A stretch of DNA of 64,000 bases from Eukaryota sp. GEM-RC1. Its lineage: Eukaryota. How positions within the stretch are numbered: the first letter of the stretch is position 1; each line of letters opens with the position of its first letter. Position numbers and translations under genes: made by a program. This document shows positions 62,001-64,000 of this stretch, piece by piece. The notes below the pieces were generated by a model that was given only the letters and a program-made list of their open reading frames with translations, did no database searches and had not been told where the DNA came from. The DNA lies in NCBI GenBank assembly GCA_040285855.1, contig JAUFOQ010000004.1:310001-374000 (forward strand), written 5' to 3'.

Positions 62001-64000
62001 AGTGTTGAACGTGACAGGAGAGTCTGCAATAACTGAAGTTTTTCCTTGATTGACTAAACCATTATCACAATCAGAACAATCACTATCAAATTTGATTGTT
62101 CCTGCATTTGTCCCAATACTTAAATCACCTACAACATCCACCAATATATAAGAATCATTTCCAAAGTTGAACACAGCTTCACTGGAACCCTCAAGAGAAA
62201 TAGAACCGGATGCATTAACGAACACAATTGAATGATCATTGAAATTCTTGGGTTGAGGAGAATATGCATTGAGTTGGTCAAGGACGTGAATCTCAGTGGA
62301 TTCAAGTACAGAACCACCCTTAAAGTTGAAGTCATCAAGATGAACAACACCAGAAGACTTGAAAGAAGCTGTATCTTCCAGGTCAAGCAAATCAATTAAT
62401 GTAATACAATCAGGACGGTCAATAAACATCCAAGCAGATTCATCTAACAAAATGTGATCAAAGTGGGGACAACCGACAGTTGAACCTTGTTCAATAGTCA
62501 TGTTACCTCCAGAAGCAGAAACTGAAATATTGTTGAAGTGAACATTTGCTCCTGTTTGAACTAAAACATTGCCAGAAGAAAGATCGATATTAGAGTTATC
62601 AAATGAAGAAGAATCAGAAGGAATAAAAACAAGATCACCACCTTCTACTTGGAATTCGCCAGTTAAATCAGAAGTTCCAGAGAACTCAATTGAACCACCA
62701 TCGTTGATGATGACGTCACCAGGACCATAAATTCTACCAGTAAGTTCCAACTTATCATTTACTTCCAAAACACAGGTTTCACAGACATAAATATCACCAT
62801 TAATAATAGAAGGTTCATCCAGAATCACTTTAGCACCATTTTCAATAGAAGCATTACCATCAATTTTAATAGGAACTTTAACAGTAATTGGATTTTCTCC
62901 AGTGAACAGCACGTCAGCATCTTCCTTTACTACAATATCACCATCTCCTGTAACTAAAATAGGCTTCTTCGAAGAGTCAAAGATAAGAGAAGAGTCTGGT
63001 TCAGCAGTGATATGAGAATCTTCTTCAAGAACAAGAGATCCATCTCCTCCTTCAATTGTAAGGTTAGCGGAAGGCTGAATAACAATAGAAGAACCTTCCT
63101 TGAGTGTTGGAGTTGATACTAAGGAGATAGTAGAGGGACCTGTGAGGAAAAGAGTCGTGTTTGGACCAATGTTACTGCCTTCAAACTGGAGTTCATCAAC
63201 AATTACTGGTAAAGGAGTTGAAGTAAAGGTACCAGACTCAGGTAAAACGTTGAGGTTATCAATTAAGGGATTATCAGTATCACAGCTGGAGTCAAGAATA
63301 AAGTTGCCATTAGTAACAGTAACAGAATCAAAGGTCTGTTGATCATTTTGACAGTGGAATATCGCGTTTCCATCATTTACAGTGATTGATCCATGATTGG
63401 GATTAGAACCAGTATGACTGATCAAATCTCCTCCATTAACTGTACCGTTAGCGATGTGAACATCACTACCAGTTTCCAAGTGAATTTCTCCACCCTTTAA
63501 GTCCTTAAATGTCAGGTTTCCTACAACTGCACCGTCAGTAAAGTTGAATTCACCACCAAAGTTGTGGCTAATAGTAACATTATCAATTGTAGCGGGACCA
63601 ATGGAAACATTATGGGAATGCATCTCACCAACGATAACACGTTTTAGAACATTATTCTGATCAATATTAATAGTTTTGTTAATAATAACATCAAAGATAA
63701 GGGTATCACCACCAAGATTTGCAAACAAAACAATACCACCTTCCCAATTCAATTGAAGAACGGTAATGGTAGCTTCTCTTAGATCCAAAAGACCATCAAT
63801 CATATTTAATGGAGGTGCAAGATCAATCTGACCATCAACAATTACAACAGGAGCAGGTACACTAGAGTTTGCAAGGACATCGATACGAAGAGAATCCGTA
63901 CCAGAAATAGTACAAGTTTCTGTAACATTGAAGGTACCTGAAAACACAAGTTCACCATGAACAATTTCAAGTTGATCATAACAAGAACTTGCTTCTCCTG
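53006..64000 (-). CDS. Giant surface protein (>3600 aa, 5' end outside window): beta-helix-like repeats, Cys-rich repeats, multi-pass TM C-terminus
   Basis: Abutting ORFs 57342-63947, 56873-57340, 56573-56869, 53613-56759, 53006-53650; GGA(I/L) + FxxN motifs, CxxCPxG repeats, C..NFEGPLCSYC..GY, several hydrophobic segments. Confidence 0.8.
60949..62808 (-). repeat. 942-bp near-identical intragenic tandem duplication (314 aa)
   Basis: 60949-61866 matches 61891-62808 with few substitutions; identical shadow ORFs at 61187 and 62129. Confidence 0.95.

Overview
Compact, AT-rich eukaryotic (protist-like) genomic DNA. Host genes are tightly packed, often head-to-head, with tiny 28-31 nt GT-AG introns: COPG, TRAPPC5, MAU2/Scc4-like, ACBP, RPB8, a MOK/MAK kinase, a GH38 alpha-mannosidase, an RRM/RGG protein, an LRR protein, a prokaryote-type metallophosphoesterase, SYF1, TRM9 and a giant beta-helix/Cys-rich/multi-TM protein. 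Many genes, including essential ones, are split by 1-nt indels at homopolymers, so frameshifts here are weak evidence of pseudogenisation. The standout is a ~4.8 kb insertion (3166-7997) between COPG and TRAPPC5. It encodes a Fanzor1 (eukaryotic TnpB/Cas12-like RNA-guided nuclease) whose N-terminus is in the same reading frame as a family-B (Pol delta-like) 3'-5' proofreading exonuclease domain. Its RuvC-III Asp is replaced by Asn, it has a dense hairpin cluster upstream and a 3' hairpin, and it is flanked by a 12-bp direct repeat equal to the TRAPPC5 start. A second Fanzor RuvC half (28189-29462, minus) with a related 3' hairpin ends a gap-free chain of minus-strand ORFs that starts with a 2A ribosome-skip motif and contains a DEAH helicase. 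Also present: an internally deleted chromodomain Ty3/gypsy element with 88-bp LTRs, a 5'-truncated RLE non-LTR element, MULE deletion derivatives, three TIR/TSD-bounded MITEs, a disrupted Pif1 helicase and a 14-bp minisatellite. All family assignments come from motif recognition by eye; no database searches were run.
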